This document shows positions 13,767 through 26,829 of a DNA stretch of 64,000 nucleotides, in pieces (position 1 is the stretch's first letter; each line of letters opens with the position of its first letter). This DNA is from Octopus vulgaris (Eukaryota), in the NCBI GenBank assembly GCA_951406725.2, contig OX597817.1:124000001-124064000 (forward strand). Reading direction: 5' to 3'. The notes under the pieces are model-generated. The model saw nothing but the letters and a program-made list of their open reading frames with translations, was not told where the DNA came from and searched no databases. The translations under genes and the position numbers were made by a program.

Positions 13767-14000
13767 TTGGTTAGCCATGTATCGAGTTTGAAGACCAACT
13801 GCACATCACATACAATGAAGCAGAGAATCATAGAGAAATCCATGCCATATCTTAGTGGATGTAAGAACTCCAACTTATGGATAGCTGAAAAATCGCATAT
13901 TCTTTTTAGATCTAAGAATTCCATTGCACTACTGAATTCCAGATCCAAAATTTTCAACATATACAAACATATAGTCAAATTTCTATTGGTGAACTGGAGG
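13767..14000 (+). pseudogene. Penelope-like element, GIY-YIG endonuclease C-terminal fragment (decayed)
   Basis: SHVSSLK...RIIEKSMPYLSGCKNSNLWIAEKSHIL...LLNSRSKIFNIYKHIVKFLL fits the PLE C-terminal pattern W.I...PY..G.K.CNLC..EK..IL...LLN.RSE....CRH..KF.L (from recall). Confidence 0.75.
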
Positions 14001-15273
14001 ACACAATCCTCTCTAGAGTCTTGTAGACTTTGGACCTGTCTCCGTGGAATTATTCTACAACAATTAGCTTAGTTATAGTTTTATAGACAAAGATGACATA
14101 ACTCTAATTTTCTTTCTTTTCTTTTCTTTTGTTGTTTTTATTCACCCTTCCACTTTTACCATGTAATTTCTCTTGTACCAGCATCCTGATTTTCAAATTA
14201 AATAGACCATGTGCTCAGAGCCTTAAAATTCCTTGAAGACACAAAGCACCTTACAAAACCTTTCTAGACTTGTGTTACCAAGCAAGAAGCTATTAGAAGC
14301 TTCTATCATTTTTCTTTGTTTCATTTAGTTTTGAAAATAACGAAGAATTTAGTGAAGTATCATTGTGATTATTAAGCTGGTGTTTGGAATGTATATTAAT
14401 ATGAAATTTTCTTGGAGGGATTCACTTGAGATCACTTTAAGATAGAAAGTTTGTATCAGAGAATCAAGGGCAGTTTCAGTGAGTTGGTCCCAAAATGGTC
14501 AATACGTAATGAACTCTTCTCAAGCAGACTTAATATGTTATCTGTTGTGTACTTCCCTATTTTTTAGTCCATTTTAAAGACAGTAAGGTGTGATTTGAGA
14601 GAAATTTGATCGCTATTCCTAGCAGACTAGATGGTCAAGAACAACCCTCTTCCCCACTCCTTTATTATTTGGCTCATACCACTAATGTTATATGAGTAAC
14701 CAGATATTAGAATCAATGATATTGGTCAATGCTTTTAAGAGAAACAAACACATTAACATGAACAAGTGATGAGAATAGATAATATATGTACGTAGGTGAT
14801 AAAGTGTTAATAAGTAGTGTTTGATGCTAGCCAATGAAGCAGTAGAGCAAAGAATGTAGATAGATTAATTTAAAGATAGGCAAATATGGATACTGGCTAT
14901 TTGGCTAGTCTATCCCTATTTATATCTGAATAGGAAAAAGAGAAAAACATGATGGATATTATAAGAGTAATACTGATGATGTAGATGTGCAAATATGTCA
15001 CTATAATTATAGTGTTTTGCTAAATATACTTTATACCAATTATGGCTTTACATACTGATTTACCTTCAGACAACCGAAGGGAAAGCAGAACCAAAACAAG
15101 GTTGCAATTTAAGCAAGTGAACACCACTCGATGTTAATAACAATTAACTCAATTTAGGAAGACCAAATGGTATGCATTGCAGTTTATATATGTAGCCATG
15201 GTGTATATTATTATTAGGTTTATTATTATCCTGTCTACATAAGATAAAATTGGGGATTTATATAAATATATAC

Positions 15274-15410
<137 letters not shown>

Positions 15411-15570
15411 CATTCATCATTAATCTGCAGAAGTTACAGAATGACTCAAAGACTGGGAGCTTCGTGCTTTGGCACTTATCAATCTTGATAAGTACCAATG
15501 CATGAAACCCATGGTCCTTGAGGCACTCTTAGCATCAGCTGATTATTATTATTATTAATAATAATAATAA

Positions 15571-15785
15571 TCCTTTCTACTATAGGCACAAAGCTTGCAA
15601 TTTTGCAGGGAGTAGGATAGTCAATTACATCGACCCCCAGCACTCAACTGGTACTTATTTTATCAAGCTCAGAACATTGAAAGCCAAACTCAACCTTGGC
15701 TGAATTTGAGGTCAGAACTTAAAGATGGACAAAATGCCACTATGCATTTTGCCTGGTATACTAGCGATTCTGCCAGCTCACTGCC
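15571..15785 (-). mobile_element. SINE family A
   Basis: Reverse complement of the family A head and body, flanked by (AAT)n. Confidence 0.85.
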
Positions 15786-15820
15786 TTAATAATAATGATA
15801 ACAGCAACAACAACAACAAC

Positions 15821-15856
<36 letters not shown>

Positions 15857-15858
<2 letters not shown>

Positions 15859-16120
15859 GTGAAAATGACCAGACTGTATGGAATGCAAGAGAGCAATCTA
15901 AAAGTGATACCAATGGTGATTGGAGCATTGGGCTCAGTCCCATTGAAACTTGTTAAGGCAACTAGAAATCCCATGCAAGATTGATGTATTGCAAAAACCA
16001 GCCTTATTGGGCACAGCACACATCTTAAGGAAAGTATTATCTGTCTGAAGTGCTTGTTGTGACTTGACAGATGACTAAAGATTCTGGGATATTTTTACTT
16101 ACACTGTGTTACAAAGGAAT
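15857..16120 (+). mobile_element. 3' end of an R4/Dong-like non-LTR retrotransposon directly after (AAT)n
   Basis: Translates KVIPMVIGALGSVP...VLQKPALLGTAHILRKVLSV* (stop 16046-16048), typical C-terminus after the restriction-like endonuclease. Confidence 0.8.
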
Positions 16121-16341
16121 AATCATAATAGGAAAATATGGTGAAATGTAAAGATACTTGGAAAAAAGTGGACTGCTACATATTGAACAGAAAGGGTGCC
16201 GAAAGAGGAGCTGGGGAACGAAAAAGGATCAGCTCTTAATTGACAATCAAATTATCATGAACTGCAAGTGAAGACACACAAACCTGAGCATGGCATGGGT
16301 TGACTATAGTAAAGCATACGATATTTTACCAAACTCCTGAA

Positions 16342-16746
16342 TGGAGTGGCTGTGTGGTAAGTAGCTTGCTAGCCAACCACATGGTTCCGGGTTCAGTCCC
16401 ACTGAGTGGCATTTTGGGCATGTGTCTTCTGCTATAGTCCCGGGCCGACCAACGCCTTGTGAGTGGATTTGGTAGACAGAAACTGAAAGAAGCCCGTCGT
16501 ATATATGAATATATATATATATATGTGTTTGTGTGTCTTTGTTTGTCCCCCTAGCATTGCTTGACAACCGATGCTGGTGTGTTTACATCCCCGTCACTTA
16601 GCGGTTCGGCAAAAGAGACCGATAGAACATGTACTGGGCTTACAAAGAATAAGTCCCGGGGTCGATTTGCTCGACTAAAGGCGGTGCTCCAGCATGGCCG
16701 CAGTCAAATGACTGAAACAAATAAAAGAGTAAAAGAGTAAAGAGTA
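16342..16746 (+). mobile_element. SINE family B (tRNA-like head, CORE-like segment, internal (TA)/(TG)n, (AAAGAGT)n tail) inserted in the LINE RT
   Basis: ggagtggctgtgtggtaag...ggttcagtccc...gactgaaacaaataaaagagtaaaagagt; near-identical copies at 28282, 29523, 56497 and 59133. Confidence 0.92.
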
Positions 16747-17304
16747 ATAACAATGGAAATGTATGGAGTAGCAGAAAATATGAGAAATCTCATATGAAAC
16801 AGCTTGAAGTGCTGGAGAATGGAATTGACAGCAGGGTATGAAATATTAGGAGAGGTGATAATCAAGAGAGGAATTTTTCAGGAGGATAGTGTGTTCCCAC
16901 TAATCTTCATGCTGGAAATGATCCCCTTGAGTGAAATACTACAGGAAACAAAGTTGGGGTATGATCAGGGAAGATGTAAGGGAAAACTGAACCACTTGCC
17001 ATTCATGGGCGATCTGAACCTATTCATAAAAATTGAGGCAGAACTGGACAGCCTAGTCCAGTCTGTGCAGATTTTCTCCAATGGTAGTAAGATGGGGTGT
17101 GGATTTTCATAATGTGTTATGATGGTGATAAGATGGTGAAAGTTCGTCAGGACAGAAGGTATATGTCAACCAATTGGTGAAATGATGAAGACAATTCAAC
17201 CTCAGTCCAGCTATAAATACCTGTGAATACTTGAAGCAAATGGAATTAAACACAGCACATGAATGAAAAGACAAAAAGAGAGTACTTGTGGCAAGTGAGA
17301 AAAG

Positions 17305-17517
17305 TATTCTTTTCTACTCTAGGCACAAGGCCTGAAATTTGGGGGGAGGGGGCCAGCCAATTAGATCCACCCCAGTATGCAACTGGTACTTAATTTATCG
17401 ACCCCGTAAGGATGAAAGGCAAAGTCGACCTCAGCGGTATTTGAACTCAGACCGTAAAGACAGATGAAATACCACTAAGCATTTCACCTGGTGTGCTAAT
17501 GTTTCTGCCAGCTTGCC
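17305..17517 (-). mobile_element. SINE family A inserted in the LINE
   Basis: Interrupts the VRK|ILASKLN coding; reverse complement of family A. Confidence 0.88.
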
Positions 17518-18905
17518 AACCTCGGAAGAATTTGAACTCAGAATATAAAGACAGATGAAATATCACTAAGCATTCCACCTGGTGTGCTAACGTTTCTGCC
17601 CACAGGATATTGAAAGATCTGTTAGCTTAACAGCTTAACAACCTCACCAGTGCTGAAGTTTTGTTGGAGCTCCTGAAAAAAATTTTGGCTTCAAAGCTAA
17701 ATGCCAGAAACATAATTTCGGCAATAAACTCGTGTGGGGGCACAGTTGTTCTGTATGGCACTGGATTCCTAAAGTGGACAGAGAAAGAGCTAAAGGAGAT
17801 AGACAGGAAGTCAAGAAAGCTCCTAACGATGCATGGAGCCCATCATCCACATGCAGACACTGATCACTTACACATGAAGAGAGCAAATAGAGGAAGAGGA
17901 CTGATTAAGTGTGGAAGACTGTGGGCATATCAAACACAAGAGGAAAAAGGGAGTATGAAAAACAGAGAAACAAAGTAAAACAAAGGGAGAAGTACAAGAA
18001 GGACATGAAGAAGAATTACGCAAGGGACTACACAATCAATTTCATATAGCCACAACAGAAGTTGCTGGAAAAAATAAGTGGGATTGGCTGATGAAAGGTA
18101 CTCTAAAAAAAGAGGCTAAGAGCACTATACTGGCACTGCAGGACCAAGCTTTGCCTATGAACTGGAGTGTCAACCTTAGGAATGAGCAAGTGTCTCCACT
18201 GTGCCACATCTGCAATAGAATGGATAAAACCTGTGCTCATATCACGAATGAATGCCCTAGACTTGCATAAAACCACAATAAGTTGTGGTGACATGATCAG
18301 GTAGCGAAAGTGCTACATTGGAAACTGTGTTAAAAGTGGGGGCTAGGGAGAGGCAAAACATGGTATGAGCACAAACTGTAGAGGGTAGCAGAGTCAGAGA
18401 CTAACAAAATCATCTGGGATTTCCCAGTCCAAGCAGATCAGATGCTAGAGCATAACAGACCAAACCTAGTGGTGGTGGATAAGGTGTACCACATATATTG
18501 ATGTTGCATGCCCCTTTGTCCCATGAATATTCAAGAAGGAATGTGTAAAGATAGATAAATACAACCCTCTTAAATATGAAATAGCCAAGCTATGGAAAAC
18601 AAAGAAGGTGAGGAGAGTTCCAACTATTGTTGGGTCCTTGGGAACTCTGTCAGAAGGCATCATGGAGGATATTAAGGAAATTGGAATAGAGTGCCCAGTA
18701 GAACTGTTACAAAAGGTTTGTTTCCTTGGCATGGCCTGAATAATCAGAAAAGTCACAGATAATTGGAAAGAATGGATAGCATGGTACTGTAGGCTGCTGG
18801 TAGCCAAGTCTGCTATGCATGCAGGATTCAAGGAGCTCCAACAAAACTTCAGCACTGGTGAGGTTGTTAAGCTGTTAAGCTAACAGATCTTTCAATATCC
18901 TGGGG

Positions 18906-19110
18906 ACAGAAACATTAGCACACCAGGTGGAATGCTTAGTAATATTTCATCTGTCTTTATATTCTGAGTTCAAATTTCTCCGAGGTTGACTTTGCCTTTC
19001 ATCCATTTGGGGTCGATAAATTAAGTACCAATTGCATACTGGAGTCAATCTAATCAACTGGCCCACTCCCCCAAAATTTCAGGCCTTATGCTTAGAGTAG
19101 AATAGAAAAG
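18906..19110 (+). mobile_element. SINE family A, slightly 5'-truncated, with TSD
   Basis: TSD aatatcc(t/g)gggg at 18894-18905 and 19111-19122. Confidence 0.85.
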
Positions 19111-19500
19111 AATATCCGGGGGCAGGGCTGTGGGAAAACTCATATAAATAAAAGGGGTCCTTGGTAGTGAAAAGGTTGGGAACGACTGAACTAGGCCATA
19201 TGCCTTCACAAGATAGATATGAGAGATGTTAAACCAGACCTAAGATGTAGTTCAGAGGAGAAGAAGAGATAACTGAAAGCAGAAGAAAGGCGATCAGTGA
19301 AAATAATGTGATGCGATACAATAATGAGAATAAGTGATAGATGTTAATAGGAAGTGGCTACTGAGGGAGAAGGAAGTAAATGGTAGGTAAAAAAGTGTAT
19401 GAGAGAGAAATATATACTAGTACTGCTCTGAGTTGTTTACAGCAACTAAATAGTTGCATATGTGTGTGTGTGTATATATACATATATATATGTATGTATG

Positions 19501-19560
<60 letters not shown>

Positions 19561-19601
19561 TATACATACATACATAATACATACATACATACATACATAT
19601 A

Positions 19602-19986
19602 TCTCTCTATATATAAACGGCAGTTTGTCTGTGTGTGTTTCTGTGTGTCTGTTTGGTTGTACCCTCACCCTGACCACTGCTTTCAACCGATTCTGATGAA
19701 ACTTGACACACACATAGCCCAATGTCATAATTCAAAACTAACGCAGCGAAAATTTTGAAAAGTTCCTCCAGTTCTGAAAAAAAATCGATAAATTCGACAT
19801 GGGGTCGAGAATCAGAAACACAAACCACAGACTCTCTAGGGGACGCAACTCGACCTTTTTTAACTCTCAAAAAAAATTTGCCATAATTTTTTTCCCTTTT
19901 TTTGCTATTTTTTGGCTATAACTCTCTAAAAATGCTTTATAGTTATTTCCCTTACAAACCTGAGCAACGCCGGGCGATACTGCTAG
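19602..19986 (+). mobile_element. Non-autonomous Helitron
   Basis: A|TC 5' end, subterminal hairpin cctgagcaacgccggg (19959-19974), CTAG|T 3' end, no TSD, within (TA)n. Confidence 0.85.
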
Positions 19987-20022
<36 letters not shown>

Positions 20023-20405
20023 CATGTATATATATGTATGTATATGTGTGTATATATATATACATATATACATGGAGTGAGAGAGAGAGAAAGAGACTGA
20101 TAGATATAGAAGATAGATAAAGTGAAAGACACAGACAGTAAAGTACATAAGAGATTCAGACAAATGTGACTTCATTAAACCATTAATAATGAATAATTAC
20201 AATTTAACCATTGCAATGTTTACTCTTTAATCTTGTATACAGACTTATCATCTTTTCTTGTTTACAATGTTTACTGTTTAATAATGAATACAATTTTACA
20301 AAGTAGTAGACTATTTGTTCATGATGTAAAAACTTGAAAACACATAATCAACCTTACACATAAGCACTGCCATATTGTCAGTCATGTGTGTGTGCATGTG
20401 TGTTC

Positions 20406-21115
20406 TTTTACTTGTTTCAGCCATTTGACCACGACCATGCAGGAGCCCCATCTTATAGTCGAACAAATCGACCCCAGGGCTTATTCTTTGTATGCCTAGT
20501 ACTTATCTTTTGCCGATCTGCTAAGTTACAGGGATGCAAACACACCAACATCAGTTGTCAAGCAATGGTGGGGGGGGGGGAGACAAACACAGACACACAC
20601 ACACATATATATATATATAGATATATATTAGGGAGATGTACTTGCATAGCAAGTGACCTGATCTTAGATCGTGTGCTGGAATGAAAACAATTGCAGCGTG
20701 GAAGGTGTTTATAAGCCATTTAAGAAACACACAAAAACCGTTAGATTCACTTCAACATTTTAATTTAACTTGGCAAAATCATCATCATCATTGTTCGACC
20801 ATGGTCGAGACAATGGAATTTACCATGCTACGCTAGACTTGGTAAATTCCATTGTCCATTCCAAAATATTTTTCGGCGCTTTGAGTCCGCAACCTGTTGA
20901 CTGACAAAATTCCATGATTCACGTAATGCATATATATATATATATATATATATATACGAGGGATTTCTTTCAGTTTCAGTCTACCAAATCCACTCACAAG
21001 GATTTGGTCGGCCTGAGGCTATAGTAGAAGACACTTGCCCAAGATGCCACACAGTAGAACTGAACCCAGAACCACGTGGTTTGGAAGCAATCTTCTTACC
21101 ACACAGCCACACCTG
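20406..21115 (-). mobile_element. SINE family B with nested insertions in its internal microsatellite
   Basis: Tail at about 20406-20600 and head at about 20955-21115, separated by about 300 bp of foreign sequence. Confidence 0.85.
20780..20861 (-). mobile_element. Very short RTE-like LINE 3' end with (ATG)n tail and snap-back inversion
   Basis: TSD caaaat (20774-20779, 20862-20867); minus strand reads RSMVNSIVSTMVEQ* then (TGA)n; 17-bp perfect inverted repeat. Confidence 0.65.
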
Positions 21116-22055
21116 ATATATATATATATATATTTAAGAGTGGAGGGGCATCGCTTGGTGGTTAGTGTGTTGGACTCATGATTGTAAGATTGTGGTTTTG
21201 ATTCCTAGACTGGGCATGCATTGAGTTCTTGAGCCCCAAACTTCATTTGGCATTGCTCTAGTCCACTGAGCTGGCAAAAATGAGTAATCCTGCAATGGAA
21301 CACCATTTCATCCAGGTGGAGAATACATGTGCTATGGAAACCAGCCCTATGAACCTATGGCTTGGGAAGAACCTTTGCTTTGCCATTTATTAAAGAAGGT
21401 TGATTTGCACCAACAGGTGCAATCCCACACCACAACACACTAGACTAATGTCTCCCACTATAACCTTCGTTAACTAAATGAATAGAATTTGGCTGCCCAG
21501 AAACTATGTGAATGCCTCATGTGACCTATGACAAGGAAGCTTAATGGTAAAATAAGTTTGGTAGTAAAGTCTACATAAATTGGATCTTTACCTTTTGACC
21601 GGCAGATTTAGAAAATATTTTTTTGTAACTAAACACTTTCAAACTTCGTATACTGGTAGAATGTGTCATATAAAACATCTTTTACTCCTAGCGTTTTTGA
21701 GAAAAGTATATATTTACGAAGTTATTTCATGTTAAAGTTGTATTTCGGTAATTTCAACCAATCAATGACGTGTATTCAGCTGAATAAAATTACTGCTTTG
21801 TTTTTCAACAACAACTTCCGGCAGTGTATATTTCGTTTGTCAGTTATTTATGACATATTTCATCTCAGTTACGTTTGTATGAATAAATGAGTGTATCTGA
21901 AGTATGTTTATTTCATGGCACCACCATAATTGTTTGTGGATTTCTATTGCTTTTAGTTTTTTTGCCCTGTGTTTTCAGCTACTATTTTCGGAAAGACTTT
22001 TTTGCCCCCTACTCCTACCTTTCCAGTTTCTTAAATTTTCCTTTTTTTCGTAATT

Positions 22056-22275
22056 CTAACCCTAAAACCCCAACTCTAACCCTAAACCTTAACCCTAACC
22101 CTAAAACCCTAGCACTAACCCTAACTCTAAAACCCTAACCCTAACCCTAAAACCCTAACTCTAAAACCCTAACCCTAACCCTAACCCTAAAACCCTAACC
22201 CTAAAACCCTTACCCTAAACCCTAACCCTAACCCTAAAATCCTAACCCTAACCCTAAAACCTTAAAGCTAAAACC
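22056..22275. repeat. Interstitial telomere-like array (CCCTAA)n mixed with CCCTAAAA
   Basis: Directly visible; bracketed by inverted repeats at 21788-21856 and 22294-22365. Confidence 0.92.
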
Positions 22276-23509
22276 AGTACAAATGCACGAATGATGTCAT
22301 AAATAACAGTGACAAACGAAATATACACCACCGATTGTTGTTGTTGACAAACAACAGCAGCAATTTTTTTCTTAATAGTCTTTCTTGGCTTTTTCTGGTT
22401 TCTTACTTTAATAATTGAGACTGAGTGATGTTCATCAAGAGGCAGTTTAATTAAATGACAGAAATCATGAAGCACGGTTGTCTTTTTTTCTCTTATTCTC
22501 TCTCCCATCAAATATTTAGTTGATTAAATTGTAATCAAAACATATTTCAAACTGATGCTTAATCTTCCTATTGAACTGCTAATATATAATATTCTACTGA
22601 ACTGCTAATATAAAAGGGCGGTAAGCAAGTCAATATATGTGTATATATATAGATCTGTGTACACACATATACGCACATACATACAAAAGGGATTCTGCAC
22701 AGTTTCTGTCAAACTTGCAAAGCATTGATGGAAGACATTTACGCAAGGTGCCACATTGTGGGATTAAATACTGAACCCTGCAAACTTCTTAATCAAACAG
22801 CCATGCCTGTGTCTAGTGGACAATTATAAATTTCTAAGTTCATTTTGATTTGAGCCAAAATTTTCAGTCTTGCATATATATATGCCATGCATAAATCTAA
22901 AGCTTTCTGATTAGTTAAAACAGGTACCAACACTTTAAAAAAAAAAAAAACTTTCACAAACCTTCAGCTCCTGTTGGTTGTTGTTGTTATTGTTGCTTGG
23001 CTCATTAGCTGGGTCTTGATTCATTGGTATGAAATTTAGGCTGTGTGCAGTCCCATATTAAACTTATCTGTGAACAGTGTTTGATAAACATGTATTTATA
23101 TTCATATAGATCACAATATTTACATAATTATGCAGATGTTTGCCAGAGCTGTATTGCAGTTTGCCAGAAGTAGATGGAGTGCATAATTCAATTAATAATA
23201 GATAAGAATGGCTTCATATGAGAGGCAGGAAAATGCTCAGTTCTTTAGAATAAATTATTATTTTAACCCAGGGTCAAGTGATAGCCAAGATATGTTTCTT
23301 CTTGCAGACTTGTTGTTTGTGTCACCTATGAACACCTTTGCTTTGTGTCATCTATGAACACCATGCTTTTGATTTTGTAACTCCACTTTAAGGGGGGACA
23401 TGTGTAACCTTCAGTTATATGGCGTGATATTGCTGCAATATGATTGGTTAGTATTCAAGACAGCAACTGGATTTGGTGTGGCTTGATACTGGCTACTAAA
23501 TACACATTG

Positions 23510-23812
23510 TGGAGGCACAAGGCCTAGTGGTTAGAGCAGCAGACTCGTGGTCGAGGGATGGTGGGTTCGAATCTCAGACCGGGTGATGTGTGTGTGTTTA
23601 TGAGTGAAAACACCTAAGCTCCACATGGCTCTGGCAGAAGGTAATGGCGAACTTCTGCTGACTCTTTCGCCACCACTTTCTCTCACTCTTTCCTCCTGCA
23701 TCTTGCATCTTGCCTGCGACGGACTGGTGTCCCGTCCAGGTGGGGAACCTATACGCCAAGAAACCGGGAAACCGGCCCTTATGAGCCAGGCATGTCTTGA
23801 GAAGGAACAAAC
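23510..23812 (+). mobile_element. SINE family D, tail type 2
   Basis: ggcctagtggttagagcagcagactcgtgg...ggttcgaatctc (A/B boxes); same body as 12899 but tail cctgcgacggactggtgtcccgtccagg... Confidence 0.85.
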
Positions 23813-24490
23813 TAAATCCACATGGTTTCAAATCTAGGCCTCCCTACATTATGATTTTCACCAAATACTTCTGATGAGTCACCGAAAGTATAGTTTGATT
23901 AGTTCCACAACTCAGTACAAATTCACACATTTTCTTTTTCTATTTTTATAATCTTAGTCTAGATTACATTATCTTATGTATGACTATCACTTTCTATAAC
24001 TTCCATTCTTCATTCTAAATCGAGTAAAAGTAACTATTTCATAATATTTGTAATCATATACTTATTTTTCTCTCGTGAAAACTGCCACATCAAATGGAAC
24101 CAAACCATAAGTTACAAAAATGATATTACCATTTGTGGAGGAAAAAAAAAGTTATGTTATAGTAATTGATTTTTGCAAATATATTACAATTTTACTGGCT
24201 AGACATCAGAAGAAATAAATCCTGCTTTATCTGCTGAGATTTCTTAAGATGATAATAAAAGGTGAAATATGAATAAAGCATTGAGGAATATTAATAACAA
24301 TTTCATTTTCAGTGCTTAATGTCAAATGAAAAGGATTTCTATTCTTAGTTGAAGAAGAAATTTCCATTTCATATGTCATAAGGGTAAAACCATTATAGAT
24401 ATATTAACTATAATTCTTTCAAAATAATTTTTTTTCACATAATATCAGTGAATAATAAAATAGAAATTAATTTTTTTGTTTATTTTTCTT

Positions 24491-24529
<39 letters not shown>

Positions 24530-24633
24530 CCATACACAAACATATATGTGTGCATAAAAAGGTATGTATAGGTGTACCTGCATATATATGGATATGAATA
24601 TATATGTGCTTGTGTGTGAGTGTATGTGTGTGC

Positions 24634-24673
<40 letters not shown>

Positions 24674-25271
24674 ATATAGGAGCATATAAATACATATACA
24701 CACACTCATGCATATATGTGCATATATATATATATATGAATGTGTGTATAAATGTATGCATGTATTTATATATGTGTGTTTGTGTGTGTGTATTTATGTA
24801 TGTATATACACAGACACACATGTATATGCATATATATTCATATGTATACATAGCTACACATACATAAATTTATATGAACATATATACATGCATACATACA
24901 TATACATACATTTAAGTTTTTTTTTTTTTTATTGGACAGTTACAAAGTTATCTAAGATCAGTGAACTTATTTATAGCTGAAATGTGAATATGAATGTGTT
25001 GGTAAAATAAGATATATTTATTAATCTCTGTTGAGTAGATTATTTTTCATCTTTTATATTTTGGGGGATGAACAAATGAAAAGGAACTATTTCCCTTGGA
25101 TTCAAAACAACAACATATTTTTCACACTGGAAATGTCTTTTACAAACTTCCTATCTCTTCTCTCTGAATTGGGTTGCTATTATCAGGCACACGAACACAC
25201 ACAGTCACACACATACATGTGCATATACATACACATATGCATATTTATCATGTATATGTGTGAGTGAGTGA

Positions 25272-25311
<40 letters not shown>

Positions 25312-25434
25312 ATCCTCAGGAAGCACTTCTGTGAATACCGGCTATCAATTGTATAACCATAGTTGGTTTATATTTAAAAAGAAAATTATCCATGTGTTGA
25401 AATGATAATACCATAAAATCTAGTTTTTCATTTA

Positions 25435-25519
<85 letters not shown>

Positions 25520-25892
25520 TATATGTATGTATGTAAATATATATAAAGAGAAAGTGGGTAAGAGAAAGAGAGAGATATAGGAAAATAAGGTAAGCCAAGT
25601 GAGAGAATAAAAGCTTATTCCGTTTGTTTACAGTTGTTTCATAATCTTCCGAGTTACATCACAGATATTACATCAAATTTATCAAGCATATAAAGAGTGC
25701 ATATAAATATATAGGAAGGTGTTAGGAAGGACGTCCAACCATAGAAACCATGACAAAAGAAATAGGGAGGCTGAACAGCCCTTCAGCTTGTCAGCTCCTG
25801 TTAAACCATCCAACCCATACCAGTATAGAAAACGGACATTGAATAATGGTGATGATAATGGGGACGACGATGGTGATGGTATAAATAAACAT

Positions 25893-26125
25893 AAGGCGGC
25901 GAGCTAGCAGAATCGTTAGCACGTCAGGAGAAATGCTTAGCGGTATTTTGGCTGCCGTTACGTTGTGAGTTCAAATTCCGCCGAGGTCGACTTTACCTTT
26001 CATCCTTTCGGGGTCAATAAATTAAGTACCAGTTATACACTGGGGTCGATAAAATCGACTTAATACCTATGTCTGTCCATGTTTGTCCCCTCTATGTTTA
26101 GCCCCTTGTGGGTAATAAAGAAATA
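25893..26125 (+). mobile_element. SINE family A, full length with 15-bp TSD
   Basis: TSD ggtataaataaacat at 25878-25892 and 26126-26140. Confidence 0.92.
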
Positions 26126-26159
26126 GGTATAAATAAACATGTATGTGAATTCCCATATA

Positions 26160-26388
26160 CAGAGTTGGCCAAAAGTCGCCTGACAGTAAATCAAAACCAT
26201 TTAATTCCAAGATTTATTTATGTATAACAACTGATTGATTTTAATAAAAGCATCTAAATATGAAACATCAAAAAAATTGTTCAAACTGAAGTCCTTCTTG
26301 AGTGACACTTTTTCGTTCGTCAATATAGAATGACAGATAGTATTTAGGGAATCTTGATTTACTGTTGGGTGACTTTTGGCCAACCCTG
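26160..26388. mobile_element. Tc1/mariner-type MITE
   Basis: About 35-bp TIRs cagagttggccaaaagtcgcctgacagtaaatcaa / ttgatttactgttgggtgacttttggccaaccctg, with TA on both sides. Confidence 0.9.
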
Positions 26389-26477
26389 TATACAAGGGTG
26401 GTGAAAAAAAGAACTAACAAACTAATCATCAGAATATAGAGTATGCATTTATATAATTATAAGGTCAGAGTAAGCTA

Positions 26478-26530
<53 letters not shown>

Positions 26531-26696
26531 GTATATATATATATGTATGTATATGTATATATATATATATCTATATATATATGTATATATATTTATATAT
26601 ATATATGGCGCCAGCATGGCCACAGCTCATAGGCTGGAACTGGAATCAATCAATCATATGTATATATATGTATATATATATGTATAAATGTGTGTG

Positions 26697-26749
<53 letters not shown>

Positions 26750-26829
26750 ATGTGTGTGTGTGTGTGTGTGTGTGTTTGTGCATGGGTAATAGATGTATTC
26801 AGCATTTTGCTATTTATTGTTTACTTTAA

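Larger units (their letters stand above)
16131..18826 (+). mobile_element. 5'-truncated, decayed R4/Dong-like LINE (RT, CCHC knuckle, restriction-like endonuclease) interrupted by two inserts
   Basis: EQKGC, DQLLID, NLSMAWVDYSKAYD, RGIFQEDSVFPL, NHLPFMGDL, SKLNARN, HHPHADTD, GRGL, QDQAL, C-x2-C-x8-H-x4-C at 18202-18255, HDQVAKVLHW, IWDF, HNRPN, IDVACP, PTIVGSLG; many stops and frameshifts. Confidence 0.9.

Noticed and set aside
19690-19705. CTGATGAAA in the Helitron
   Set aside because: No stems; part of the ccgattctgatgaaactt internal motif of the element.
22056-22275. True telomere or chromosome-fusion site
   Set aside because: Short, degenerate, single orientation and enclosed in inverted repeats.
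23865-23895. CTGATGA-GTCACC-GAAA hammerhead-like string
   Set aside because: Stem II would be 1 bp, there is no palindromic stem III and stem I does not pair; possibly chance.
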